From Nemertoderma westbladi (taxonomy: Eukaryota; Animalia; Xenacoelomorpha), in NCBI GenBank assembly GCA_032718475.1, contig JAUCBJ010001340.1, positions 1 through 64,000 of the forward strand: a DNA stretch of 64,000 nucleotides. Reading direction: 5' to 3'. The notes beneath the pieces were generated by a model that was not told the DNA's origin, ran no database searches, and saw only the letters and a list, made by a program, of their open reading frames with translations. Shown piece by piece: positions 34,201-49,200 of the stretch (positions within the stretch are counted from its first letter, which is position 1; each line of letters opens with the position of its first letter). Both the position numbers and the translations under genes were made by a program.

Positions 34201-37200
34201 GAGTTTAAATGGCAGAGATTGTGGAATGGGGTGTTTAGATGGCAGAGATTGTGGAATGGGGAGTTTACATGGCAGAGATTGTGGAATGGGGAGTTTATAT
34301 GGCAGAGATTGTGGAATGGGGAGTTTATATGGCAGAGATTGTGGAATGGGGAGTTTAAATGGCAGAGATTGTGGAATGGGGAGTTTAAATGGCAGATATT
34401 GTGGAATGGGGAGTTTATATTGCAGATATTGTGGAATGGGGTGGGGAGTTTAAATGGCAGAGATTGTGGAATGGGGTGTTTAGATGGCAGAGATTGTGGA
34501 ATGGGGAGTTTACATGGCAGAGATTGTGGAATGGGGAGTTTATATGGCAGAGATTGTGGAATGGGGAGTTTATATGGCAGAGATTGTGGAATGGGGAGTT
34601 TAAATGGCAGAGATTGTGGAATGGGGTGGGGAGTTTAAATGGCAGAGATTGTGGAATGGGGAGTTTATATGGCAGATATTGTGCAATGTGGAGTTTATAT
34701 GGTAGAGATTGTGGAATGGGGACTTTAAATGCCAGAGATTGTGGAATGGGGGAATTTATATGGCAGATATTGTGGAATGGGGAGTTTATATGGCAGAGAT
34801 TGTGGAATGGGGAGTATATATGGTAGAGATTGTGGAATGGGGTGGGGAGTTTATATGGCAGAGATTGTGGAATGGGGAGTTTATATGGCAGAGATTGTGG
34901 AATGGGGAGTTTATATGGCAGAGATTGTGGAATGGGGAGTTTATATGGCAGATATTGTGGAATGGGGAGTTTATATGGCAGAGATTGTGGAATGGGGAGT
35001 ATATATGGTAGAGATTGTGGAATGGGGTGGGGAGTTTATATGGCAGAGATTGTGGAATGGAGAGTTTATATGGAAGAGATTGTGGAATGGGGAGTTTATA
35101 TGGTAGAGATTGTGGAATGGGGTGGGGAGTTTAAATGGCAGATATTGTGGAATGGGGAGTTTATATGGCAGATATTGTGCAATGGGGAGTTTATATGGTA
35201 GAGATTGTGGAATGGGGACTTTAAATGCCAGAAATTGTGGAATGGGGGAATTTATATGGCAGAGATTGTGGAATGGGGAGTTTAAAAGGCAGATATTGTG
35301 GAATGGGGAGTATATATGGCAGAGATTGTGGCAAGGGGAGTTTATATGACAGAGATTGTGGAATGGGGATTTTATATGGCAGAGATTGTGGAATGGGGAG
35401 TTCAAATGGCAGATATTGTGGAATGGGGAGTTTAAATGGCAGAGATTGTGGAATGGGGAGTTTAAATGGCAGATATTGTGGAATGGGGAGTTTATATGGC
35501 AGAGATTGTGGAATGGGGAGTTTAAATGGCAGATATTGTGGAATGGGGAGTTTATATGGCAGAGATTGTGGAATGGGGAGTTGAAATGGCAGATATTGTG
35601 GAATGGGGAGTTTATATGACAGAGATTGTGGAATGGGGATTTTATATGGCAGAGATTGTGGAATGGGGAGTTTAAATGGCAGATATTGTGGAATGGGGAG
35701 TTTATATGGCAGAGATTGTGGAATGGGGAGTTTAAATGGCAGAGATTGTGGAATGGGGAGTTTAAATGGCAGAGATTGTGGAATGGGGAGTTTATATGGC
35801 AGAGATTGTGGAATGGGGAGTTTAAATGGCAGATATTGTGGAATGGGGAGTTTATATGGCAGAGATTGTGGAATGGGGAGTTTATATGGCAGATATTGTG
35901 GAATGGGGAGTTTATATGGCAGAGATTGTGGAATGGGGAGTTTATATGGCAGAGATTGTGGAATGGGGAGTTTAAATGGCTGATATTGTGGAATGGGGGG
36001 TTTATATGGCAGAGATTGTGGAATGGGGAGTTTAAATGGCAGATATTGTGGAATGGGGAGTTTATATGGCAAAGATTGTGGAATGGGGAGTTTATATGGC
36101 AGAGATTGTGGAATGTGGTGGGGAGTTTATATGGCAGAGATTGTGGAATGGAGAGTTTATATGGCAGAGATTGTGGAATGGGGTGTTTAGATGGCAGAGA
36201 TTGTGGAATGGGGAGTTTTTATGGCAGAGATTGTGGAATGGGGAGTTTATATGGCAGAGATTGTGGAATGGGGAGTTTATATGGCAGATATTGTGGAATG
36301 GGGAGTTTATATAGCAGATATTGCGGAATGGAGAGTTTATATGGCAGAGATTGTAGAATGGGGAGTTTATATAGCAGATATTGTGGAATGGGGAGTTTAT
36401 ATGGCAGAGATTGTGGAATGGGGAGTTTATATGGCAGAGATTGTGGAATGGAGAGTTTAAATGGCAGATATTGTGGAATGGGGAGTTTATATAGCAGATA
36501 TTGTGGAATGGGGAGTTTATATGGCAGAGATTGTGGAATGGGGAGTTTATATGGCAGAGATTGTGGAATGGAGAGTTTAAATGGCAGATATTGTGGAATG
36601 GGGAGTTTATATGGCAGAGATTGTGGAATGGGGAGTTTAAATGGCAGAGATTGTGGAATGGGGTGGGGAGTTTAAATGGCAGAGATTGTGGAATGGGGAG
36701 TTTATATGGCAGATATTGTGGAATGGGGAGTTTATATGGCAGATATTGTGGAATGGGGAGTTTATATGGCAGAGATTGTGGAATGGGGAGTATATATGGT
36801 AGAGATTGTGGAATGGGGTGGGGAGTTTATATGGCAGAGATTGTGGAATGGGGAGTTTATATGGCAGAGATTGTGGAATGGGGAGTTTATATGGCAGAGA
36901 TTGTGGAATGGGGAGTTTATATGGCAGATATTGTGGAATGGGGAGTTTATATGGCAGAGATTGTGGAATGGGGAGTATATATGGTAGAGATTGTGGAATG
37001 GGGTGGGGAGTTTATATGGCAGAGATTGTGGAATGGAGAGTTTATATGGAAGAGATTGTGGAATGGGGAGTTTATATGGTAGAGATTGTGGAATGGGGTG
37101 GGGAGTTTAAATGGCAGATATTGTGGAATGGGGAGTTTATATGGCAGATATTGTGCAATGGGGAGTTTATATGGTAGAGATTGTGGAATGGGGACTTTAA

Positions 37201-40200
37201 ATGCCAGAGATTGTGGAATGGGGAGTTTAAATGGCAGAGATTGTGGAATGGGGTGTTTAGATGGCAGAGATTGTGGAATGGGGAGTTTAAATGGCAGAGA
37301 TTGTGGAATGGGGTGTTTAGATGGCAGAGATTGTGGAATGGGGAGTTTACATGGCAGAGATTGTGGAATGGGGAGTTTATATGGCAGAGATTGTGGAATG
37401 GGGAGTTTATATGGCAGAGATTGTGGAATGGGGAGTTTAAATGGCAGAGATTGTGGAATGGGGAGTTTAAATGGCAGATATTGTGGAATGGGGAGTTTAT
37501 ATTGCAGATATTGTGGAATGGGGTGGGGAGTTTAAATGGCAGAGATTGTGGAATGGGGTGTTTAGATGGCAGAGATTGTGGAATGGGGAGTTTACATGGC
37601 AGAGATTGTGGAATGGGGAGTTTATATGGCAGAGATTGTGGAATGGGGAGTTTATATGGCAGAGATTGTGGAATGGGGAGTTTAAATGGCAGAGATTGTG
37701 GAATGGGGTGGGGAGTTTAAATGGCAGAGATTGTGGAATGGGGAGTTTATATGGCAGATATTGTGCAATGTGGAGTTTATATGGTAGAGATTGTGGAATG
37801 GGGACTTTAAATGCCAGAGATGGTGGAATGGGGGAATTTATATGGCAGATATTGTGGAATGGGGAGTTTATATGGCAGAGATTGTGGAATGGGGAGTATA
37901 TATGGTAGAGATTGTGGAATGGGGTGGGGAGTTTATATGGCAGAGATTGTGGAATGGGGAGTTTATATGGCAGAGATTGTGGAATGGGGAGTTTATATGG
38001 CAGAGATTGTGGAATGGGGAGTTTATATGGCAGATATTGTGGAATGGGGAGTTTATATGGCAGAGATTGTGGAATGGGGAGTATATATGGTAGAGATTGT
38101 GGAATGGGGTGGGGAGTTTATATGGCAGAGATTGTGGAATGGAGAGTTTATATGGAAGAGATTGTGGAATGGGGAGTTTATATGGTAGAGATTGTGGAAT
38201 GGGGTGGGGAGTTTAAATGGCAGATATTGTGGAATGGGGAGTTTATATGGCAGATATTGTGCAATGGGGAGTTTATATGGTAGAGATTGTGGAATGGGGA
38301 CTTTAAATGCCAGAGATTGTGGAATGGGGGAATTTATATGGCAGAGATTGTGGAATGGGGAGTTTAAAAGGCAGATATTGTGGAATGGGGAGTATATATG
38401 GCAGAGATTGTGGCAAGGGGAGTTTATATGACAGAGATTGTGGAATGGGGATTTTATATGGCAGAGATTGTGGAATGGGGAGTTCAAATGGCAGATATTG
38501 TGGAATGGGGAGTTTAAATGGCAGAGATTGTGGAATGGGGAGTTTAAATGGCAGATATTGTGGAATGGGGAGTTTATATGGCAGAGATTGTGGAATGGGG
38601 AGTTTAAATGGCAGATATTGTGGAATGGGGAGTTTATATGGCAGAGATTGTGGAATGGGGAGTTGAAATGGCAGATATTGTGGAATGGGGAGTTTATATG
38701 ACAGAGATTGTGGAATGGGGATTTTATATGGCAGAGATTGTGGAATGGGGAGTTTAAATGGCAGATATTGTGGAATGGGGAGTTTATATGGCAGAGATTG
38801 TGGAATGGGGAGTTTAAATGGCAGAGATTGTGGAATGGGGAGTTTAAATGGCAGAGATTGTGGAATGGGGAGTTTATATGGCAGAGATTGTGGAATGGGG
38901 AGTTTAAATGGCAGATATTGTGGAATGGGGAGTTTATATGGCAGAGATTGTGGAATGGGGAGTTTATATGGCAGATATTGTGGAATGGGGAGTTTATATG
39001 GCAGAGATTGTGGAATGGGGAGTTTATATGGCAGAGATTGTGGAATGGGGAGTTTAAATGGCTGATATTGTGGAATGGGGGGTTTATATGGCAGAGATTG
39101 TGGAATGGGGAGTTTAAATGGCAGATATTGTGGAATGGGGAGTTTATATGGCAAAGATTGTGGAATGGGGAGTTTATATGGCAGAGATTGTGGAATGTGG
39201 TGGGGAGTTTATATGGCAGAGATTGTGGAATGGAGAGTTTATATGGCAGAGATTGTGGAATGGGGTGTTTAGATGGCAGAGATTGTGGAATGGGGAGTTT
39301 TTATGGCAGAGATTGTGGAATGGGGAGTTTATATGGCAGAGATTGTGGAATGGGGAGTTTATATGGCAGATATTGTGGAATGGGGAGTTTATATAGCAGA
39401 TATTGCGGAATGGAGAGTTTATATGGCAGAGATTGTAGAATGGGGAGTTTATATAGCAGATATTGTGGAATGGGGAGTTTATATGGCAGAGATTGTGGAA
39501 TGGGGAGTTTATATGGCAGAGATTGTGGAATGGAGAGTTTAAATGGCAGATATTGTGGAATGGGGAGTTTATATAGCAGATATTGTGGAATGGGGAGTTT
39601 ATATGGCAGAGATTGTGGAATGGGGAGTTTATATGGCAGAGATTGTGGAATGGAGAGTTTAAATGGCAGATATTGTGGAATGGGGAGTTTATATGGCAGA
39701 GATTGTGGAATGGGGAGTTTAAATGGCAGAGATTGTGGAATGGGGTGGGGAGTTTAAATGGCAGAGATTGTGGAATGGGGAGTTTATATGGCAGATATTG
39801 TGGAATGGGGAGTTTATATGGCAGAGGTTGTGGAATGGGGAGTTTAAATGGCAGATATTGTGGAATGGGGAGTTTATATGGCAGAGATTGTGGAATGGGG
39901 AGTTTAAATGGCAGAGATTGTGGAATGGGGTGGGGAGTTTAAATGGCAGAGATTGTGGAATGGGGAGTTTATATGGCAGATATTGTGGAATGGGGAGTTT
40001 ATATGGCAGATATTGTGGAATGGGGAGTTTATATAGCAGATATTGCGGAATGGAGAGTTTATATGGCAGAGATTGTGGAATGGAGAGTTTATATGGCAGA
40101 GATTGTGGAATGGAGAGTTTATATGGCAGAGATTGTGGAATGGGGAGTTTATATGGCAGAGATTGTGGAATGGGGAGTTTATATGGCAGATATTGTGGAA

Positions 40201-43200
40201 TGGGGAGTTTAAATGGCAGAGATTGTGGAATGGGGAGTTTATATGGTAGAGATTGTGGAATGGGGTGGGGAGTTTAAATGGCAGAGATTGTGGAATGGGG
40301 AGTTTATATGGCAGAGATTGTGGAATGGGGAGTTTATATGGCAGATATTGTGGAATGGGGAGTTTATATGGCAGAGATTGTGGAATGGGGAGTTTAAATG
40401 GCAGAGATTGTGGAATGGGGTGGGGAGTTTAAATGGCAGAGATTGTGGAATGGGGAGTTTATATGGCAGATATTGTGCAATGTGGAGTTTATATGGTAGA
40501 TATTGTGGAATGGGGACTTTAAATGCCAGAGATTGTGGAATGGGGGAATTTATATGGCAGATATTGTGGAATGGGGAGTTTATATGGCAGAGATTGTGGA
40601 ATGGGGAGTATATATGGTAGAGATTGTGGAATGGCGTGGGGAGTTTATATGGCAGAGATTGTGGAATGGAGAGTTTATATGGAAGAGATTGTGGAATGGG
40701 GAGTTTATATGGTAGAGATTGTGGAATGGGGTGGGGAGTTTAAATGGCAGAGATTGTGGAATGGGGAGTTTATATGGCAGATATTGTGCAATGGGGAGTT
40801 TATATGGTAGAGATTGTGGAATGGGGACTTTAAATGCCAGAGATTGTGGAATGGGGGAATTTATATGGCAGATATTGTGGAAAGGGGAGTTTAAATGGCA
40901 GAGATTGTGGAATGGGGAGTTTTTATGGTAGAGATTGTGGAATGGGGTGGGGAGTTTAAATGGCAGAGATTGTGGAATGGGGAGTTTATATGGCAGAGAT
41001 TGTGGAATGGGGAGTTTATATGGCAGATATTGTGGAATGGGGAGTTTATATGGCAGAGATTGTGGAATGGGGAGTTTAAATGGCAGAGATTGTGGAATGG
41101 GGTGGGGAGTTTAAATGGCAGAGATTGTGGAATGGGGAGTTTATATGGCAGATATTGTGCAATGTGGAGTTTATATGGTAGATATTGTGGAATGGGGACT
41201 TTAAATGCCAGAGATTGTGGAATGGGCGAATTTATATGGCAGATATTGTGGAATGGGGAGTTTATATGGCAGAGATTGTGGAATGGGGAGTATATATGGT
41301 AGAGATTGTGGAATGGCGTGGGGAGTTTATATGGCAGAGATTGTGGAATGGAGAGTTTATATGGAAGAGATTGTGGAATGGGGAGTTTATATGGTAGAGA
41401 TTGTGGAATGGGGTGGGGAGTTTAAATGGCAGAGATTGTGGAATGGGGAGTTTATATGGCAGATATTGTGCAATGGGGAGTTTATATGGTAGAGATTGTG
41501 GAATGGGGACTTTAAATGCCAGAGATTGTGGAATGGGGGAATTTATATGGCAGATATTGTGGAAAGGGGAGTTTATATGGCAGAGATTGTGGAATGGGGA
41601 GTTTAAAAGGCAGATATTGTGGAATGGGGAGTTTATATGGCAGATATTGTGGAATGGGGAGTTTATATGACAGAGATTGTGGAATGGGGATTTTATATGG
41701 CAGAGATTGTGGAATGGGGAGTTCAAATGGCAGATATTGTGGAATGGGGAGTTTATATGGCAGAGATTGTGGAATGGGGAGTTTAAATGGTAGAGATTGT
41801 GGAATGGGGAGTTTAAATGGCAGATATTGTGGAATGGGGAGTTTATATGGCAGAGATTGTGGAATGGGGAGTTTAAATGGCAGATATTGTGGAATGGGGA
41901 GTTTATATGGCAGAGATTGTGGAATGGGGAGTTGAAATGGCAGATATTGTGGAATGGGGAGTTTATATGGCAGAGATTGTGGAATGGGGAGTTTATATGG
42001 CATAGATTGTGGAATGGAGAGTTTATATGGCAGAGATTGTGGAATGGGGGTGGGGAGTTTAAATGGCAGAGATTGTGGAATGGGGGTGGGGAGTTTAAAT
42101 GGCAGATATTGTGGAATGGGGAGTTTATATGGCAGAGATTGTGGAATGGGGAGTTTAAATGGCAGATATTGTGGAATGGGGAGTTTATATGGCAGAGATT
42201 GTGGAATGGGGAGTTGAAATGGCAGATATTGTGGAATGGGGAGTTTATATGGCAGAGATTGTGGAATGGGGAGTTTATATGGCATAGATTGTGGAATGTG
42301 GAGTTTATATGGCAGAGATTGTGGAATGGGGAGTATATATGGTAGATATTGTGGAATGGGGAGTTTATATGGCAGATATTGTGGAATGGGGAGTTTATAT
42401 GGCAGAGATTGTGGAATGGGGAGTTTATATGACAGAGATTGTGGAATGGGGATTTTATATGGCAGAGATTGTGGAATGGGGAGTTTAAATGGCAGATATT
42501 GTGGAATGGGGAGTTTATATGGCAGAGATTGTGGAATGGGGAGTTTAAATGGCAGAGATTGTGGAATGGGGAGTTTAAATGGCAGATATTGTGGAATGGG
42601 GAGTTTATATGACAGAGATTGTGGAATGGGGATTTTATATGGCAGAGATTGTGGAATGGGGAGTTTAAATGGCAGATATTGTGGAATGGGGAGTTTATAT
42701 GGCAGAGATTGTGGAATGGGGAGTTTAAATGGCAGAGATTGTGGAATGGGGAGTTTAAATGGCAGATATTGTGGAATGGGGAGTTTATATGGCAGAGATT
42801 GTGGAATGGGGTGTTTAGATGGCAGAGATTGTGGAATGGGGAGTTTACATGGCAGAGATTGTGGAATGGGGAGTTTATATGGCAGAGATTGTGGAATGGG
42901 GAGTTTATATGGCAGAGATTGTGGAATGGGGTGTTTAGATGGCAGAGATTGTGGAATGGGGAGTTTAAATGGCAGAGATTGTGGAATGGGGAGTTTAAAT
43001 GGCAGATATTGTGGAATGGGGAGTTTATATGGCAGAGATTGTGGAATGGGGTGTTTAGATGGCAGAGATTGTGGAATGGGGAGTTTACATGGCAGAGATT
43101 GTGGAATGGGGAGTTTAAATGGCAGATATTGTGGAATGGGGAGTTTATATGGCAGAGATTGTGGAATGGGGTGGGGAGTTTAAATGGCAGAGATTGTGGA

Positions 43201-46200
43201 ATGGGGAGTTTATATGGCAGATATTGTGCAATGTGGAGTTTATATGGTAGATATTGTGGAATGGGGACTTTAAATGCCAGAGATTGTGGAATGGGGGAAT
43301 TTATATGGCAGATATTGTGGAATGGGGAGTTTATATGGCAGATATTGTGCAATGTGGAGTTTATATGGTAGATATTGTGGAATGGGGACTTTAAATGCCA
43401 GAGATTGTGGAATGGGGGAATTTATATGGCAGATATTGTGGAATGGGGAGTTTATATGGCAGAGATTGTGGAATGGGGAGTATATATGGTAGAGATTGTG
43501 GAATGGGGTGGGGAGTTTATATGGCAGAGATTGTGGAATGGGGAGTTTATATGGCAGAGATTGTGGAATGGGGAGTTTATATGGCAGAGATTGTGGAATG
43601 GGGAGTATATATGGTAGAGATTGTGGAATGGGGTGGGGAGTTTATATGGCAGAGATTGTGGAATGGAGAGTTTATATGGAAGAGATTGTGGAATGGGGAG
43701 TTTATATGGTAGAGATTGTGGAATGGGGTGGGGAGTTTAAATGGCAGAGATTGTGGAATGGGGAGTTTATATGGCAGATATTGTGCAATGGGGAGTTTAT
43801 ATGGTAGAGATTGTGGAATGGGGACTTTAAATGCCAGAGATTGTGGAATGGGGGAATTTATATGGCTGATATTGTGGAAAGGGGAGTTTATATGGCAGAG
43901 ATTGTGGAATGGGGAGTTTAAAAGGCAGATATTGTGGAATGGGGAGTTTATATGGCAGATATTGTGGAATGGGGAGTTTATATGACAGAGATTGTGGAAT
44001 GGGGATTTTATATGGCAGAGATTGTGGAATGGGGAGTTCAAATGGCAGATATTGTGGAATGGGGAGTTTATATGGCAGAGATTGTGGAATGGGGAGTTTA
44101 AATGGTAGAGATTGTGGAATGGGGAGTTTAAATGGCAGATATTGTGGAATGGGGAGTTTATATGGCAGAGATTGTGGAATGGGGAGTTTAAATGGCAGAT
44201 ATTGTGGAATGGGGAGTTTATATGGCAGAGATTGTGGAATGGGGAGTTGAAATGGCAGATATTGTGGAATGGGGAGTTTATATGGCAGAGATTGTGGAAT
44301 GGGGAGTTTATATGGCATAGATTGTGGAATGGAGAGTTTATATGGCAGAGATTGTGGAATGGGGGTGGGGAGTTTAAATGGCAGAGATTGTGGAATGGGG
44401 GTGGGGAGTTTAAATGGCAGATATTGTGGAATGGGGAGTTTATATGGTAGAGATTGTGGAATGGGGACTTTAAATGCCAGAGATTGTGGAATGGGGGAAT
44501 TTATATGGCAGATATTGTGGAATGGGGAGTTTATATGGCAGAGATTGTGGAATGGGGAGTTTAAAAGGCAGATATTGTGGAATGGGGAGTTTATATGGCA
44601 GAGATTGTGGAATGGGGAGTTTATATGACAGAGATTGTGGAATGGGGATTTTATATGGCAGAGATTGTGGAATGGGGAGTTTAAATGGCAGATATTGTGG
44701 AATGGGGAGTTTATATGGCAGAGATTGTGGAATGGGGAGTTTAAATGGCAGAGATTGTGGAATGGGGAGTTTAAATGGCAGATATTGTGGAATGGGGAGT
44801 TTATATGGCAGAGATTGTGGAATGGGGTGTTTAGATGGCAGAGATTGTGGAATGGGGAGTTTACATGGCAGAGATTGTGGAATGGGGAGTTTATATGGCA
44901 GAGATTGTGGAATGGGGAGTTTATATGGCAGATATTGTGGAATGGGGAGTTTATATGGCAGAGATTGTGGAATGGAGAGTTTATATGGCAGAGATTGTGG
45001 AATGGAGAGTTTATATGGCAGATATTGTGGAATGGGGAGTTTATATGGCAGAGATTGTGGAATGGGGAGTTTATATAGCAGATATTGCGGAATGGAGAGT
45101 TTATATTGCAGAGATTGTGGAATGGGGAGTTTAAATGGCAGATATTGTGGAATGGGGAGTTTATATGGCAGAGATTGTGGAATGGGGAGTTTATATGGCA
45201 GAGATTGTGGAATGGGGAGTTTATATGGCAGAGATTGTGGAATGAGGAGTTTATATGGCAGAGATTGTGGAATGGGGAGTTTATATGGCAGAGATTGTGG
45301 AATGGAGAGTTTATATGGCAGAGATTGTGGAATGGAGAGTTTATATGGCAGAGATTGTGGAATGGAGAGTTTATATGGCAGATATTGTGGAATGGGGAGT
45401 TTATATGGCAGAGATTGTGGAATGGGGAGTTTATATGGCAGAGATTGTGGAATGGAGAGTTTATATGGCAGAGATTGTGGAATGGAGAGTTTATATGGCA
45501 GATATTGTGGAATGGGGAGTTTATATGGCAGAGATTGTGGAATGGGGAGTTTATATGGCAGAGATTGTGGAATGGAGAGTTTATATGGCAGATATTGTGG
45601 AATGGGGAGTTTATATGGCAGAGATTGTGGAATGGGGAGTTTATATGGCAGAGATTGTGGAATGGAGAGTTTATATGGCAGATATTGTGGAATGGGGAGT
45701 TTATATGGCAGAGATTGTGGAATGGGGAGTTTAAAAGGCAGATATTGTGGAATGGGGAGTTTATATGGCAGAGATTGTGGAATGGGGAGTTTATATGGCA
45801 GATATTGTGGAATGGGGAGTTTATATGGCAGAGATTGTGGAATGGGGAGTTTAAAAGGCAGATATTGTGGAACGGGGAGTTTATATGACAGAGATTGTGG
45901 AATGGGGAGTTTATATGACAGAGATTGTGGAATGGGGATTTTATATGGCAGAGATTGTGGAATGGGGAGTTTAAATGGCAGATATTGTGGAATGGGGAGT
46001 TTATATGGCAGATATTGTGCAATGTGGAGTTTATATGGCAGAGATTGTGGAATGGGGAGTTTAAAAGGCAGATATTGTGGAATGGGGAGTTTATATGGCA
46101 GAGATTGTGGAATGGGGAGTTTATATGACAGAGATTGTGGAATGGGGATTTTATATGGCAGAGATTGTGGAATGGGGAGTTTAAATGGCAGATATTGTGG

Positions 46201-49200
46201 AATGGGGAGTTTATATGGCAGAGATTGTGGAATGGGGAGTTTAAATGGCAGAGATTGTGGAATGGGGAGTTTAAATGGCAGATATTGTGGAATGGGGAGT
46301 TTATATGGCAGAGATTGTGGAATGGGGTGTTTAGATGGCAGAGATTGTGGAATGGGGAGTTTACATGGCAGAGATTGTGGAATGGGGAGTTTATATGGCA
46401 GAGATTGTGGAATGGGGAGTTTATATGGCAGAGATTGTGGAATGGGGTGTTTAGATGGCAGAGATTGTGGAATGGGGAGTTTAAATGGCAGAGATTGTGG
46501 AATGGGGAGTTTAAATGGCAGATATTGTGGAATGGGGAGTTTATATGGCAGAGATTGTGGAATGGGGTGTTTAGATGGCAGAGATTGTGGAATGGGGAGT
46601 TTACATGGCAGAGATTGTGGAATGGGGAGTTTATATGGCAGATATTGCGGAATGGAGAGTTTATATTGCAGAGATTGTGGAATGGGGTGGGGAGTTTAAA
46701 TGGCAGAGATTGTGGAATGGGGAGTTTATATGGCAGATATTGTGCAATGTGGAGTTTATATGGTAGATATTGTGGAATGGGGACTTTAAATGCCAGAGAT
46801 TGTGGAATGGGGGAATTTATATGGCAGATATTGTGGAATGGGGAGTTTATATGGCAGATATTGTGCAATGTGGAGTTTATATGGTAGATATTGTGGAATG
46901 GGGACTTTAAATGCCAGAGATTGTGGAATGGGGGAATTTATATGGCAGATATTGTGGAATGGGGAGTTTATATGGCAGAGATTGTGGAATGGGGAGTATA
47001 TATGGTAGAGATTGTGGAATGGGGTGGGGAGTTTATATGGCAGAGATTGTGGAATGGGGAGTTTATATGGCAGAGATTGTGGAATGGGGAGTTTATATGG
47101 CAGAGATTATGGAATAGGGAGTATATATGGTAGAGATTGTGGAATGGGGTGGGGAGTTTATATGGCAGAGATTGTGGAATGGAGAGTTTATATGGAAGAG
47201 ATTGTGGAATGGGGAGTTTATATGGTAGAGATTGTGGAATGGGGTGGGGAGTTTAAATGGCAGAGATTGTGGAATGGGGAGTTTATATGGCAGATATTGT
47301 GCAATGGGGAGTTTATATGGTAGAGATTGTGGAATGGGGACTTTAAATGCCAGAGATTGTGGAATGGGGGAATTTATATGGCAGATATTGTGGAAAGGGG
47401 AGTTTATATGGCAGAGATTGTGGAATGGGGAGTTTAAAAGGCAGATATTGTGGAATGGGGAGTTTATATGGCAGATATTGTGGAATGGGGAGTTTATATG
47501 ACAGAGATTGTGGAATGGGGATTTTATATGGCAGAGATTGTGGAATGGGGAGTTCAAATGGCAGATATTGTGGAATGGGGAGTTTATATGGCAGAGATTG
47601 TGGAATGGGGAGTTTAAATGGTAGAGATTGTGGAATGGGGAGTTTAAATGGCAGATATTGTGGAATGGGGAGTTTATATGGCAGAGATTGTGGAATGGGG
47701 AGTTTAAATGGCAGATATTGTGGAATGGGGAGTTTATATGGCAGAGATTGTGGAATGGGGAGTTGAAATGGCAGATATTGTGGAATGGGGAGTTTATATG
47801 GCAGAGATTGTGGAATGGGGAGTTTATATGGCATAGATTGTGGAATGGAGAGTTTATATGGCAGAGATTGTGGAATGGGGGTGGGGAGTTTAAATGGCAG
47901 AGATTGTGGAATGGGGGTGGGGAGTTTAAATGGCAGATATTGTGGAATGGGGAGTTTATATGGCAGAGATTGTGGAATGGGGAGTTTAAATGGCAGATAT
48001 TGTGGAATGGGGAGTTTATATGGCAGAGATTGTGGAATGGGGAGTTGAAATGGCAGATATTGTGGAATGGGGAGTTTATATGGCAGAGATTGTGGAATGG
48101 GGAGTTTATATGGCATAGATTGTGGAATGTGGAGTTTATATGGCAGAGATTGTGGAATGGGGAGTATATATGGTAGATATTGTGGAATGGGGAGTTTATA
48201 TGGCAGATATTGTGGAATGGGGAGTTTATATGGCAGAGATTGTGGAATGGGGAGTTTATATGACAGAGATTGTGGAATGTGGATTTTATATGGCAGAGAT
48301 TGTGGAATGGGGAGTTTAAATGGCAGATATTGTGGAATGGGGAGTTTATATGGCAGAGATTGTGGAATGGGGAGTTTAAATGGCAGAGATTGTGGAATGG
48401 GGAGTTTAAATGGCAGATATTGTGGAATGGGGAGTTTATATGGCAGAGATTGTGGAATGGGGTGTTTAGATGGCAGAGATTGTGGAATGGGGAGTTTACA
48501 TGGCAGAGATTGTGGAATGGGGAGTTTATATGGCAGAGATTGTGGAATGGGGAGTTTATATGGCAGATATTGTGGAATGGGGAGTTTATATGGCAGATAT
48601 TGTGCAATGGGGAGTTTATATGGCAGAGATTGTGGAATGGGGTGGGGAGTTTAAATGGCAGAGATTGTGGAATGGGGAGTTTAAATGGCAGATATTGTGG
48701 AATGGGGAGTTTATATGGCAGAGATTGTGGAATGGGGAGTTTAAATGGCAGAGATTGTGGAATGGGGTGGGGAGTTTAAATGGCAGAGATTGTGGAATGG
48801 GGAGTTTATATGGCAGATATTGTGCAATGTGGAGTTTATATGGTAGATATTGTGGAATGGGGACTTTAAATGCCAGAGATTGTGGAATGGGGGAATTTAT
48901 ATGGCAGATATTGTGGAATGGGGAGTTTATATGGCAGAGATTGTGGAATGGGGAGTATATATGGTAGAGATTGTGGAATGGGGTGGGGAGTTTATATGGC
49001 AGAGATTGTGGAATGGGGAGTTTATATGGCAGAGATTGTGGAATGGGGAGTTTATATGGCAGAGATTGTGGAATGGGGAGTATATATGGTAGAGATTGTG
49101 GAATGGGGTGGGGAGTTTATATGGCAGAGATTGTGGAATGGAGAGTTTATATGGAAGAGATTGTGGAATGGGGAGTTTATATGGTAGAGATTGTGGAATG